This document shows positions 42,098 to 51,897 of a stretch of DNA of 64,000 nt, piece by piece. A program made the position numbers and the translations under genes. The DNA comes from Nitrospirota bacterium. GTDB taxonomy: Bacteria > Nitrospirota > UBA9217. The notes under the pieces are model-generated. The model was not told the origin of the DNA. It saw only the letters and a list, made by a program, of their open reading frames with translations, and searched no databases. The stretch covers positions 1,088,001-1,152,000 of the forward strand of contig CAVTRN010000002.1 in the NCBI GenBank assembly GCA_963737155.1, in the 5' to 3' direction. Numbering within the stretch: the first letter of the stretch is position 1; every line of letters begins with the position of its first letter.

Positions 42098-42268
42098 GGT
42101 CCTTCCGGAACGAATGTGGGAAGCACCAGAATATAGATAGAGGGAAATACTTAATCCCAGTAGCTAAGGTGGAAAGCCTAGCATAATTGGGTTGTCATCC
42201 CTTTTGAGTGCGAAAGCAGCCTAGATCGCGAAATAGTGGGGTTCCGACACTTAACCCTGAAGCCACTG
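42098..42268 (+). ncRNA. Unidentified structured RNA candidate
   Basis: Nested stems with GAAA/GGAAA loops and a possible pseudoknot; no ORF; TGnTATAAA just upstream. Confidence 0.4.
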
Positions 42269-42290
42269 ACTGTAATTGATAATTGATAAA

Positions 42291-42491
42291 GTACAGGACA
42301 TCCTGGACAGATTTTATGTTCAGGATATCGTGGACTCCCGTATTTTACTTGATATCAGCATGGGTACAGGGAGATGCTTTTAACTGCATAAGCATTAGGC
42401 GAAATTGCCTTTACCCCTTATAAGCTGCCCTATTAAACAGTAGCTATTCCATGATGTTGTGACCATTTTTCGTGTCCACGATGTCCTGAAC
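42291..42491. repeat. Symmetric element: two 18-bp repeats (27-bp period) facing two inverted copies; MITE- or operator-like
   Basis: Copies at 42291, 42318 (+) and 42447, 42474 (-); 42318 and 42474 copies 17/18 identical. Confidence 0.65.
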
Positions 42492-42536
42492 GTTGTCCGA
42501 TAATAATTATAGAGAATTTCGAGAGAAAGGGTCTTT

Positions 42537-43442
42537 ATGTTCGGTGTTTTTCGCAGTCTGAACGACGGGCTTGCAAAAACAAGAAAAAATCTGACCGATA
42601 AAATCGGCAAGGCGATCCTCGGCGAGAAAATTGATGAAGCACTTCTCGACGAACTGGAAGAGGCGCTGATTTCATCCGATGTCGGTGTCGAGACCTCTTC
42701 GCTTGTGCTCAGGGACCTGAAGGAACGCTTCAAACGCAATGAGCTTACCTCTCCCCAGCAGGTAAAGGACCGGCTTAAGCAAATCCTGATTGAAATCCTG
42801 TCAGCGCGGCCATCAACCTTTTCCCTAAATGCCGCCCCCGCGATCGTGCTCGTCGTTGGCGTCAATGGAACGGGAAAAACAACCACGATCGGTAAGCTGG
42901 CCTTCCGCCTTCGGGCGGAAGGGAAAAAAGTCATGCTTGCAGCGGGAGATACGTTCCGTGCAGCAGCGTCAGAACAGCTTTCGATCTGGGGTGAGCGTGC
43001 TGGTATCCCGGTGATCAAGCACAAAGAAGGAGCCGATCCTGGCGCCGTCGTGTTCGATGCTATTGCGGCCGCAAAAGCGCGTACTGTCGATATACTTATT
43101 GTAGACACGGCCGGCAGACTGCATACGAAGTCGAACCTCATGGAAGAACTCAAAAAAGTAAATCGCATTATATCGCGTGAGTTGCCGGGTTCCCCCGACG
43201 AGACCCTTCTGGTCCTTGATGGAAGCACTGGCCAGAATGCGCTTGTGCAAGCAAAAATGTTTAATGAGGCGGTTGGCATTACCGGCATCGTACTCACGAA
43301 GCTTGACGGCACGGCGAAAGGCGGCATCGTGTTTGCCATCAACAAAGAGCTGGGGATTCCGGTAAAATTTTTGGGAATCGGCGAGGCGATCGAGGATCTG
43401 AAGAGCTTTGATCCACAAGAGTTCGTCAACGCGCTGCTGTGA
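42537..43442 (+). CDS. ftsY: Signal recognition particle receptor
   Basis: GVNGTGKTTTIGKLA, DTFRAAA, DTAGRL, TKLDGTAKGG. Confidence 0.98.
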   Translation: MFGVFRSLNDGLAKTRKNLTDKIGKAILGEKIDEALLDELEEALISSDVGVETSSLVLRDLKERFKRNELTSPQQVKDRLKQILIEILSARPSTFSLNAAPAIVLVVGVNGTGKTTTIGKLAFRLRAEGKKVMLAAGDTFRAAASEQLSIWGERAGIPVIKHKEGADPGAVVFDAIAAAKARTVDILIVDTAGRLHTKSNLMEELKKVNRIISRELPGSPDETLLVLDGSTGQNALVQAKMFNEAVGITGIVLTKLDGTAKGGIVFAINKELGIPVKFLGIGEAIEDLKSFDPQEFVNALL

Positions 43443-43502
43443 ACAAAGGGGAAGGAAGCTATTGGCGGTTTTCTCACTCCCTCTGCATGTATCGGAGAAA
43501 CC

Positions 43503-43790
43503 ATGGAACGGGTTCAGGTTGAGATCTATGGCCAAATATACAGCTTAAAAGGCACGGACGATCCCTCCCGCATACGCGAGCTTGCCGCGTACGTCGACGC
43601 GAATATGAAGAACATCGAAAAAGGGACCGGCACCGTCGATTCTCTCCGGGTCGCTATCCTGACTGCGCTCACCATTGCCGACGAACTCTTTCGTTTGAGA
43701 GTGCAATACAGCGAACTCGGGATGACTGCTGATAATGCGGTGAATCGCATCCTCAGTATTACGGAGCATATCGGAGATGCTTGTCAGTGA
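43503..43790 (+). CDS. zapA: Cell division protein ZapA
   Basis: V.IYGQ.Y, LAAYVD..M, VAILTAL.IADEL; followed by 6S RNA. Confidence 0.92.
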   Translation: MERVQVEIYGQIYSLKGTDDPSRIRELAAYVDANMKNIEKGTGTVDSLRVAILTALTIADELFRLRVQYSELGMTADNAVNRILSITEHIGDACQ

Positions 43791-43949
43791 ACACCGCCCC
43801 AGTTAATACCGGGTGATGTCATTATTAAATATAGAATGTATGCAACTTGAAACTCGCCGATTGTACGTATGCTTAGCTGCCATCCCGCCACTTTTACTCT
43901 TGCCATTTTCTGTTGATTCTGGTATATATACATCAAGAATGAGGAAAAG

Positions 43950-44131
43950 AGTCCCCCTGCTTTGCGCGTGATAGATATAACTTGTTCCTCGTGAAAAAAA
44001 ATTAAAGGGAGCTATCTTCTGGAAAGGGTGTGCATGCCCAGGCAAGACTGGGAAGCCTGAACTTTTCATTATGGCGCCCACCTGGCGTAGACCAGGAATC
44101 AAGTCTATCTACACGGCAAAAGCGGGGGATT
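43950..44131 (+). ncRNA. ssrS: 6S RNA
   Basis: ~180-nt rod with complementary ends (TCCCCCTGCTTTGC / GCAAAAGCGGGGGA), central bubble, GGGAGC and GCGCCCACC motifs, zapA-downstream synteny. Confidence 0.9.
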
Positions 44132-44675
44132 TTTATATAGTTCTTTTTTAGTATGGTCGGAGTCGAAAAATCCTTCGAACCATTGGAACTCTTTAATTAA
44201 ATAAAGAATAATAGCGCATGCTTTTGAAAGGGGCGAATGTAAGGAAGGCTCCGGCGCTTGTGATAGCCATGTAACAGCGGTTTCTTGGTATTGAAAAGAG
44301 TCAGGATATCAATTTGGATCGGCCTTCAATACCTCAATACCGCACGAAAATTGTTTGACCGTCTGGGAAACATATTAAGATCATGGGGAAATTCTCAAAA
44401 ATTGCTTATAGACAACGAGGGGGGCATCGGAGAGTGTGTTCCGGGAAGCTGCTTATATATAATTGTGCTGGTGCTGTCAGCATAGGCAGCCGTACGGTAC
44501 AATTCCCGGGAAAGTCAACTGGTTCCCCGCATCTTTCATTTTCCCCAAATTTCATGGTATGTTCTGATACGGTTTAACGCCGTTCTTTTCGTCCGCTATC
44601 GCGCGCCCACCAAGCCCTCCCGAAATAATTCTGTTGGGTCTCAAGAACTTCAAAAAGAATGTTTCTCAGGAAACT

Positions 44676-45971
44676 ATGTACCCAGAACCGTCGGAGCCGC
44701 CGCTCGCGTGGAAAATGCGTCCCCGTGACCTGAGCGAGTTCGTAGGTCAGGAGCATATTCTCGGCGCGGGCAAGCTTCTTCGCAGGGCCATTGAAACTGA
44801 CCGGTTCATGTCGCTTATTCTCTACGGCCCCCCGGGCGTAGGTAAGACGGCGCTGGCGCACCTGATCGCGGAGAGAAGCCGCGCTCATTTCGTGTCGCTT
44901 AATGCTGTTACCGCAGGAGTTGCCGACATCCGGAAAGTGTCCCAAGAGGCCGCCGAAGAGCGCGGGCGAAGCGGTGAAAGAACCATTCTTTTTATCGATG
45001 AGATCCATCGTTTTACGCGCGTGCAGCAAGACGCGCTCCTGCCCGATGTGGAACGAGGCAATATAACCCTCATCGGCGCGTCGACTTCGAATCCCTTTTT
45101 CGCAATTATTCCCGCGCTTTCATCCCGCTCCCAGATTTTCGAATTCAAGCCTCTCGGGGATGAAGACCTCAGAACGCTGATTCTCCGGGCACAGTCGAAC
45201 AAGGAGCGGGGCCTCGGAAATCTTCAGATGGTGCTTACTGCTGCAGCGCTCGATTTTCTGGTCGCCCGATCGAACGGTGATGCGCGGCGCGCCCTGAATG
45301 CGCTCGAGATCGGTGCGCTGTCTACCGCGCCCGGCCCTGACGGCGTCGTAAACTACGATGTTCACATCGCCGAAGAGTCGATCCAGAAAAAGGCGCTGGT
45401 TTATGATGAAGATGAACATTACGACACGATTTCTGCCTTCATCAAAAGCATGCGGGGAAGCGATCCTGACGCGGCGCTTTACTGGATGGCGAAAATGATC
45501 GTTGCGGGTGAGGACCCCCTTTTCATTGCCCGCAGGATCGTGATAGCTGCGAGCGAAGATGTGGGGAACGCGGACCCCCGTGCGATTATGATTGCGACCG
45601 CTGCGTACCAGGCCGTGGAGCGCATAGGCATGCCCGAGGGTGCGCTTCCGCTGGCGCAGGCTGCAACATACATCGCGTCGGCGCCCAAAAGCAATGCATC
45701 GTACCTAGGCATAAAGCAGGCGATGAAGGACATTGAAGAAGGCACACTCTTGCAGGTCCCGGATCATCTGAAGGATGCCCATTATAAGGGCGCCGGACGG
45801 CTCGGCAGAGGCAGGGGATACAAGTATCCGCATGATTTTCCGGGTCACTATGTGGCCCAGGATTACCTCCCGCAGAAGCGGGAGTATTACAGGCCCACGG
45901 AGCAAGGTGAGGAAAAGAGGATCAAGGAACGTCTTGCCGGGCTGAAAGGGAAACATCAGGAGGGAGCATGA
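44676..45971 (+). CDS. rarA: Replication-associated recombination protein A
   Basis: [45 protein letters not shown]. Confidence 0.97.
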   Translation: MYPEPSEPPLAWKMRPRDLSEFVGQEHILGAGKLLRRAIETDRFMSLILYGPPGVGKTALAHLIAERSRAHFVSLNAVTAGVADIRKVSQEAAEERGRSGERTILFIDEIHRFTRVQQDALLPDVERGNITLIGASTSNPFFAIIPALSSRSQIFEFKPLGDEDLRTLILRAQSNKERGLGNLQMVLTAAALDFLVARSNGDARRALNALEIGALSTAPGPDGVVNYDVHIAEESIQKKALVYDEDEHYDTISAFIKSMRGSDPDAALYWMAKMIVAGEDPLFIARRIVIAASEDVGNADPRAIMIATAAYQAVERIGMPEGALPLAQAATYIASAPKSNASYLGIKQAMKDIEEGTLLQVPDHLKDAHYKGAGRLGRGRGYKYPHDFPGHYVAQDYLPQKREYYRPTEQGEEKRIKERLAGLKGKHQEGA

Positions 45972-47527
45972 TGATTGTGTATATTGTACTATTGGTGGTA
46001 GGAATGGCCGGAGGATTCAGCCTGGGGCTGCTGATCAAGGGGAAGGTCGCCGCCGGCAAAATCCGCGACGCCGAGGGTGAGGCCGCGAAGATCATTGCGA
46101 ATGCCGAACGAGAGGCAGAAACAAAGCGCAAAGAAACGGTGCTTGAAGCCAAAGACAAACTCTACCAGGCACGGGCGGATATTGAGAAAGAAAACCGTGA
46201 AAAGCGACAGGAGATCCAGAACCAGGAACGCCGCCTCACGCAAAAGGAAGAAAATCTTGAAAAGAAAGTGGACTTTGTTGAAAAGCGGGAATCCGATGTC
46301 ATCCGTCGTGAACGGGAACTGACGGCGCGGGAAAAGGTTGCGACCGAGAAGGAAGAGCGGTTTGAGATGGGACTTCGCGAGCAACGCCTGATGCTAGAGA
46401 AAATCGCAAATATGACCGCGGAAGAGGCCAAACGCCAGCTCATGATGTCCATGGAGGATGAAGCGAAGCATGAGGCGGCTAAGACCATCAAGCGGATTGA
46501 GGACGAGGCCAAGGATGAGGCCGACAAAAAGTCGAAGAACATCATCAGCCTTGCGATCCAGCGCTATGCGAGCGACTATGTCGCCGAAGCCACCGTGTCG
46601 GTCGTCAACCTCCCGAATGACGAAATGAAGGGCAGGATCATCGGACGCGAAGGAAGAAACATCAGGGCTATTGAAGCGGCGACGGGGATTGATCTGATTA
46701 TTGATGATACTCCGGAGGCGGTCATTCTCTCGTGCTACGACCCGCTTCGCCGGGAAATCGCGCGGCTCACCATCGAAAGGCTGATTCAGGACGGCAGGAT
46801 CCATCCTGCGCGAATAGAGGAGATTGCCGAAAAGGTCAAAAAAGATCTCGACATCACAATGAAAGAAGAAGGCGAGAAGGCGGCTTTTGATCTTGGCATT
46901 CATAACATGCATCCCGAGATTATCAAACTAATCGGCAGGCTTAAATACCGTACGAGTTACGGACAGAACGTGCTCATGCATTCCCGTGAGGTGGCCTACT
47001 TCGCCGGCATCATGGCAGCCGAGTGTGGTGTGGATCAGAAGCTGGCACGGCGTGCGGGCTTGCTGCATGATCTGGGCAAGGCTATCGACCACGAGGTAGA
47101 GGGGACCCATCCCCAGATCGGCAGCGACCTTGCGAAAAAATACGGCGAGTCGGCCAAAGTGATCAATGCCATTATGACCCACCACGGCGACGGTGAACCG
47201 AACTGTGTCGAGTCCGTGCTCGTATCGGCGGCAGATGCGCTTTCAGCGGGAAGGCCAGGTGTGCGCCGCGAGACGCTTGAGAGTTACCTCAAACGGCTGG
47301 AGCAGCTTGAGTCGGCGGCAAATTCCTTCAAGGGCGTGGATAAGTCCTACGCTATTCAGGCAGGCCGCGAAATCAGGATTATTGTAAAGCCTGAGGATCT
47401 TTCGGACGCTCATTCAGCCCAGCTTTCAAGGGACATCGCCAAAAAGATCGAGCAGGAACTCTCCTATCCCGGCCAGATCAAGGTAACGGTAGTTCGGGAG
47501 AGCAGATATGTGGAGTACGCAAAGTAA
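45968..47527 (+). CDS. rny: Ribonuclease Y
   Basis: N-terminal TM + coiled coil, KH ([13 protein letters not shown]), HD (LLHDLGK). Confidence 0.98.
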   Translation: MMIVYIVLLVVGMAGGFSLGLLIKGKVAAGKIRDAEGEAAKIIANAEREAETKRKETVLEAKDKLYQARADIEKENREKRQEIQNQERRLTQKEENLEKKVDFVEKRESDVIRRERELTAREKVATEKEERFEMGLREQRLMLEKIANMTAEEAKRQLMMSMEDEAKHEAAKTIKRIEDEAKDEADKKSKNIISLAIQRYASDYVAEATVSVVNLPNDEMKGRIIGREGRNIRAIEAATGIDLIIDDTPEAVILSCYDPLRREIARLTIERLIQDGRIHPARIEEIAEKVKKDLDITMKEEGEKAAFDLGIHNMHPEIIKLIGRLKYRTSYGQNVLMHSREVAYFAGIMAAECGVDQKLARRAGLLHDLGKAIDHEVEGTHPQIGSDLAKKYGESAKVINAIMTHHGDGEPNCVESVLVSAADALSAGRPGVRRETLESYLKRLEQLESAANSFKGVDKSYAIQAGREIRIIVKPEDLSDAHSAQLSRDIAKKIEQELSYPGQIKVTVVRESRYVEYAK

Positions 47528-47617
47528 CAAAAAAACAGAGGGCAAGTGACAGATAAAATAGAGGAAGGACTCGTGGCTTTTGCCCCTGTCTTTCCTCTGT
47601 TGTTTGCAGGGGGGGCA

Positions 47618-48394
47618 TTGAAGGTTCTCTTCATTGGTGACATCATTGGCGAGCCGGGCAGGAAGATGGTCCGGGCGCAGATGCGGGGTCTCGTGGACAA
47701 GCATAGCCCTGATCTCGTGATTGCAAACGGCGAGAATGCAGCAGGAGGATTCGGGATAACGTCGGAGATCGCCGAAGAGTTATTCTCTATGGGGATTCAC
47801 GTGCTCACCTCGGGCAATCATGTGTGGGATAAAAAAGAGATAGAGCCTTATCTTACGAAGCAGGACCGGCTCATCAGGCCTGCTAATTATCCGTCGGGGA
47901 ACACGGGATACGGAAGTGTGGTCATATCAACGGGCTCTGGCAAAGCAGCTGTTTTGAACCTCGAAGGCAGGGTATTCATGTCGAACCTGGAAGATCCCTT
48001 TCGTGTTGCCGAGCGCGAGATCGCGAAACTCAAAAAGGAAACGTCCGTGGTGATCATCGATTTCCACGCAGAAGCGACCTCTGAGAAAATCGCTCTTGCC
48101 TGGCACGTTGATGGTCAGGCAAGCGCCGTTATCGGCACTCATACTCATGTACAGACCGCCGACGAGCGCATTCTGTCGGCGGGAACGGCGTTTATCACCG
48201 ACGCAGGCATGACGGGACCCACGGATTCCGTTATAGGTGTGAAGAAGGAACAAGCCATAGCCCGCTTTTTATACCAGACACCGCATCGATTCGAGATTCC
48301 TAAAGGCCCTGTGCAACTAAATGCCGTTGTTATCGATGTTGACGGCGAAACGGGAAGGGCGAATTCAATAGAAAGAATCCATCTGAAATCGTAG
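47618..48394 (+). CDS. ymdB: YmdB-like (TIGR00282) metallophosphoesterase
   Basis: FIGDIIG, NGENAAGG, DFHAEATSEK, GTHTHVQTAD; follows rny. Confidence 0.93.
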   Translation: MKVLFIGDIIGEPGRKMVRAQMRGLVDKHSPDLVIANGENAAGGFGITSEIAEELFSMGIHVLTSGNHVWDKKEIEPYLTKQDRLIRPANYPSGNTGYGSVVISTGSGKAAVLNLEGRVFMSNLEDPFRVAEREIAKLKKETSVVIIDFHAEATSEKIALAWHVDGQASAVIGTHTHVQTADERILSAGTAFITDAGMTGPTDSVIGVKKEQAIARFLYQTPHRFEIPKGPVQLNAVVIDVDGETGRANSIERIHLKS

Positions 48395-48406
48395 GGTTTA
48401 CCGGCC

Positions 48407-49642
48407 ATGGGGCAAGGTGCAAACAAGACTCACATTGCAACGGTCACTCAGCTCACAAACCAGATTAAAACTCTCCTCGAGGGCACGTTCCCGGATATCT
48501 GGGTAGAAGGAGAAATTTCGAACCTCAGTATTCCCCAATCTGGACACGCCTACTTTACGCTGAAAGACGAGCATAGCCAGATCCGGGCGGTGATGTTTCG
48601 TTCAGCGCAGCGGTATCTTAAATTCACGATTCAACATGGCATCCAAGTGATCTGCCGCGGGCGGATAAGCGTCTATGAGCCGCGTGGCGAGTACCAGTTC
48701 ATAATCGATTATATCGAGCCGAAAGGCGTGGGAGCACTTCAACTGGCCTTTGAACAGCTTAGGACGAGGCTTGAGAAGGAAGGGCTCTTCGATCTCGATC
48801 GCAAAAAAGCACTGCCACTCCTTCCTCGGCGCATCGGTATCATTACGTCTCCGACTGGCGCCGCGATCCGTGATATCCTGCGCGTGATCAAACGACGGCA
48901 CCCGAAGATGCACATCCTTATATATCCTGTGCCCGTTCAGGGAACAGAAGCCTCCCCCGCCATCGTCGAAGCATTGCGCCATTTCAGCAGCGAATTAAAC
49001 GTGGACGTCATTATTGTAGGGCGCGGAGGCGGTTCTCTGGAAGACCTGTGGGCTTTCAACGAGGAAGCCGTTGCCCGCGCCATTTATGCTTCGGCTATCC
49101 CCATCATATCCGCAGTCGGACACGAGACCGATTATACAATAGCGGACTTCGTGGCTGACTTACGCGCACCGACCCCTTCCGCAGCAGCTGAGATGGTAGT
49201 GGAAAGCGAAGCGGCGATCCTGGAAAGACTCTCCATGATGGACGCTAGCCTGCGGAGAAGCATCAGACAGACACTGGAGCGGGGACGCACGTTTCTCCGT
49301 GAACAAGTACGGCTTCTCGGTGATCCGCGGAGAAGATTGGACCAGTTTAGCCAGCACGTAGACGATTTGCTGCACCGCATTACCCTGGAACTCCAGCACC
49401 ATCTGCACCGCGAGCGCGCCCGCCTGAGTACCATGAGCGCGGGATTAGACCACTTGAACCCCCTAAGCATTCTCTCAAGAGGGTACAGTATTACAAAAAC
49501 GCATCCGGTGGGGTCCGTCATAAAAAATGCCGACATGGTAAAAACGGGCGACATGATCAGAACAAGATTGCACCAGGGAGAGGTCCTGTCTAGAGTGGAG
49601 CGGACAGATGCGGGAAACAGAGACGAAAAAAATCTGAGATGA
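48407..49642 (+). CDS. xseA: Exodeoxyribonuclease VII large subunit
   Basis: WVEGEISN, GRGGGSLEDLWAFN, SAVGHETD, APTPSAAAE. Confidence 0.97.
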   Translation: MGQGANKTHIATVTQLTNQIKTLLEGTFPDIWVEGEISNLSIPQSGHAYFTLKDEHSQIRAVMFRSAQRYLKFTIQHGIQVICRGRISVYEPRGEYQFIIDYIEPKGVGALQLAFEQLRTRLEKEGLFDLDRKKALPLLPRRIGIITSPTGAAIRDILRVIKRRHPKMHILIYPVPVQGTEASPAIVEALRHFSSELNVDVIIVGRGGGSLEDLWAFNEEAVARAIYASAIPIISAVGHETDYTIADFVADLRAPTPSAAAEMVVESEAAILERLSMMDASLRRSIRQTLERGRTFLREQVRLLGDPRRRLDQFSQHVDDLLHRITLELQHHLHRERARLSTMSAGLDHLNPLSILSRGYSITKTHPVGSVIKNADMVKTGDMIRTRLHQGEVLSRVERTDAGNRDEKNLR

Positions 49643-49803
49643 TTCACGGTCTCTTATGAAGAGGACATGCTCACGCAGACGTTCAAGTTTTAGCGTTACA
49701 AAAAATGTAATATGTAATTGCAAAAGGGAATCTATTTCTTTCACCGATGTTTTTTTGTCGGTGTTTTTTGACACGATTGTATTATTGTGCTACCTTATAA
49801 CCT

Positions 49804-51897
49804 ATGCCAGAAGAGCTTAGACAAACCGAGACACTTTCTCCCGAAATCCATGATGTTTTGCGGAGCCTAGTCTCCGCAATCCGGGCCGTCAAACTCTATC
49901 CCCCCAATAATCCTGTTTATTCTCAATCGGTAACAAAATCCTATGAAGCACTCGCCCGTTTCCTGGCGGAGGCCCCGGAATACAACGTTCGCGTGCAAAA
50001 AACAAACTTTACCTACCGGCAAACCCCGATTGGAAAAGACGGTGAGTTGAACAAGACCATTGCCCAGGACCTCTATGCAAAAGGGCTTCGGGAAATTACA
50101 TTCAGCGCTGGCTTGAGGGAAGAAGAACTGATGGGTTTCTGCCAAGTCCTTGCCCTCTCGGCTGAAGAGCTTGCGATTAAAAGCGGAATTTCATCGATCC
50201 TCTGGGAAAAGGACGCATCCCACATCAAAGTGACCGAATCAGGACTTGACGAAGTCATTACGACAATGACAGACAGCGACCGGGAGTTCACGGCCACAGC
50301 TACATCATCTGGTGGCGTTGAACCACCGGATACCGGAAAGAAAAAGGCGGGAATACCTGGCAAAACGCTGATATTAGGAGATCTCCTAAGCAATCCTTTA
50401 GCATTTGGTGCTAGGATGCTCGAACTCGCGAAACAAACCAAAACTGATCGTGAAAGCGTGGAGGACCGCCTCTTTAACCTATATCAGCAAGCGGGGCACA
50501 AGATCCGGCAGGGGCAGCCAAGCCAGATCGAGGCTCTCTTTGAAGGCCTGGCTAAATCCGCCATGTCTCTTGAGCAGCCTTACCGCGAGGGGCTCATCGG
50601 GGGCAAGCTGTACGGGGACATGGACGCCGATCTGGCCGCTGAGCAGGAACCCCAGATCGAGAATCAGCTGCCTAGTGTGCTGCAGGAGATTCAGACAGGG
50701 CGTTTTTCCAATGCCTGGACCGTCCAGCAGGTGGCCACGCTCCTGAAAAGATCATCGTCTAAGAAAATCGAGCTTCCAACACCGCCGATTACGGCAGCCG
50801 CGCTGGTGGCGGCGCCGATTCCTGGCGACCTTAATGATATTGCACTTCAACTGTCGGAGTACAGCTCCGAAGAAATGATCGAACTCAAGGTATTGAGTGA
50901 CGCGGGGATGGAGAAGGACATCATCGAAGGGGCCATCCGGACGCTCATTCAACTTATTCCCATTGTGAAAAATCCGCAGCATTCGGTACCTTCAGAGCAA
51001 GAAATCAATTTCTTTTCCGGAATCGTCCACCAGCTCGAAGAATTGCTCAGTTATTTCCTGAGCAAAAAGGAATATGAGCAAGCCGCAAGAATCATCCGTG
51101 CGTTTCAAACTTCCGTTGACCCCGTATTCAAGCCGAGAATGGATGAGGCCCTTAAGAAGGCGGGATCAAAAACCGCCATCGTAACCGCGATCGGAGAGCT
51201 GCGGAAAAACTCAAAGAGTTCTCCTGCATATGTCAATGCATATGCGTATGTGTCCATCCTCGAACGGGAATCGACCGACGTTCTCCTGGAGATCCTGGCG
51301 GAGGAACAGGACCGGTCGGCAAGATTCTTTTATCTTGATCTGGTCAAGGACGTGGGAAGAAACCAGATCACACTGCTCGGTGAGCGTCTTTTGGACGAAC
51401 GCTGGTACTTGGTGCGCAATATCGTGAGCATCTTGGGGGAAAGTAAAACGGAACAGGCTGTTGCGCTACTCCGAAGGGCGGCGGATCATGCAAACATAAA
51501 AATTCGTCTGGAGGTTATCAAGGCACTTATCTTGATTGGCGGGAAAAAAGCGATCAGTGTCCTGGCAAAACTCCTGCGGGACAAGAACGAGGTCGTTCAG
51601 GTAACGGCGATTCGCGCCTTCGCGGATTTTCCCGGCATCGGCGTGGAGGAGTCAGCCCCTCTGGTGGCCTATCTGGAAGGGCGGGAACTTAAAAAAAAGG
51701 AACAGGAACTCACGCTTGAGGCTATCAGGGCCCTGGGGAAGATCGGCGGCCGGGACGCGGCGGAATTCCTGAAATCATATACAAGGATTCGGTGGTGGAA
51801 ATCAAGAAAACTACAGCGGGATCTTCGCGACGCCGCTAATAAATCCATGGAAGAAATTTCGGAGAGACAGGGCAATGGCGGACAGACAAAAGGATAG
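49804..51897 (+). CDS. HEAT-repeat domain protein
   Basis: C-terminal HEAT repeats (DERWYLVRNIVSILG, IRLEVIKAL, EAIRALGKIG). Confidence 0.85.
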   Translation: MPEELRQTETLSPEIHDVLRSLVSAIRAVKLYPPNNPVYSQSVTKSYEALARFLAEAPEYNVRVQKTNFTYRQTPIGKDGELNKTIAQDLYAKGLREITFSAGLREEELMGFCQVLALSAEELAIKSGISSILWEKDASHIKVTESGLDEVITTMTDSDREFTATATSSGGVEPPDTGKKKAGIPGKTLILGDLLSNPLAFGARMLELAKQTKTDRESVEDRLFNLYQQAGHKIRQGQPSQIEALFEGLAKSAMSLEQPYREGLIGGKLYGDMDADLAAEQEPQIENQLPSVLQEIQTGRFSNAWTVQQVATLLKRSSSKKIELPTPPITAAALVAAPIPGDLNDIALQLSEYSSEEMIELKVLSDAGMEKDIIEGAIRTLIQLIPIVKNPQHSVPSEQEINFFSGIVHQLEELLSYFLSKKEYEQAARIIRAFQTSVDPVFKPRMDEALKKAGSKTAIVTAIGELRKNSKSSPAYVNAYAYVSILERESTDVLLEILAEEQDRSARFFYLDLVKDVGRNQITLLGERLLDERWYLVRNIVSILGESKTEQAVALLRRAADHANIKIRLEVIKALILIGGKKAISVLAKLLRDKNEVVQVTAIRAFADFPGIGVEESAPLVAYLEGRELKKKEQELTLEAIRALGKIGGRDAAEFLKSYTRIRWWKSRKLQRDLRDAANKSMEEISERQGNGGQTKG

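Noticed and set aside
42098-42280. SRP RNA, cobalamin or c-di-GMP-I riboswitch upstream of ftsY
   Set aside because: Lacks the SRP CAGG-GNRA-AGCAG core; B12-like words (AGGGAA, GCCACTG, ACTGTAA) are in the wrong order; the c-di-GMP-I P1/P2 layout is incomplete
42291-42491. CRISPR array
   Set aside because: Four short degenerate repeats in two orientations, 9-bp spacers, no cas genes
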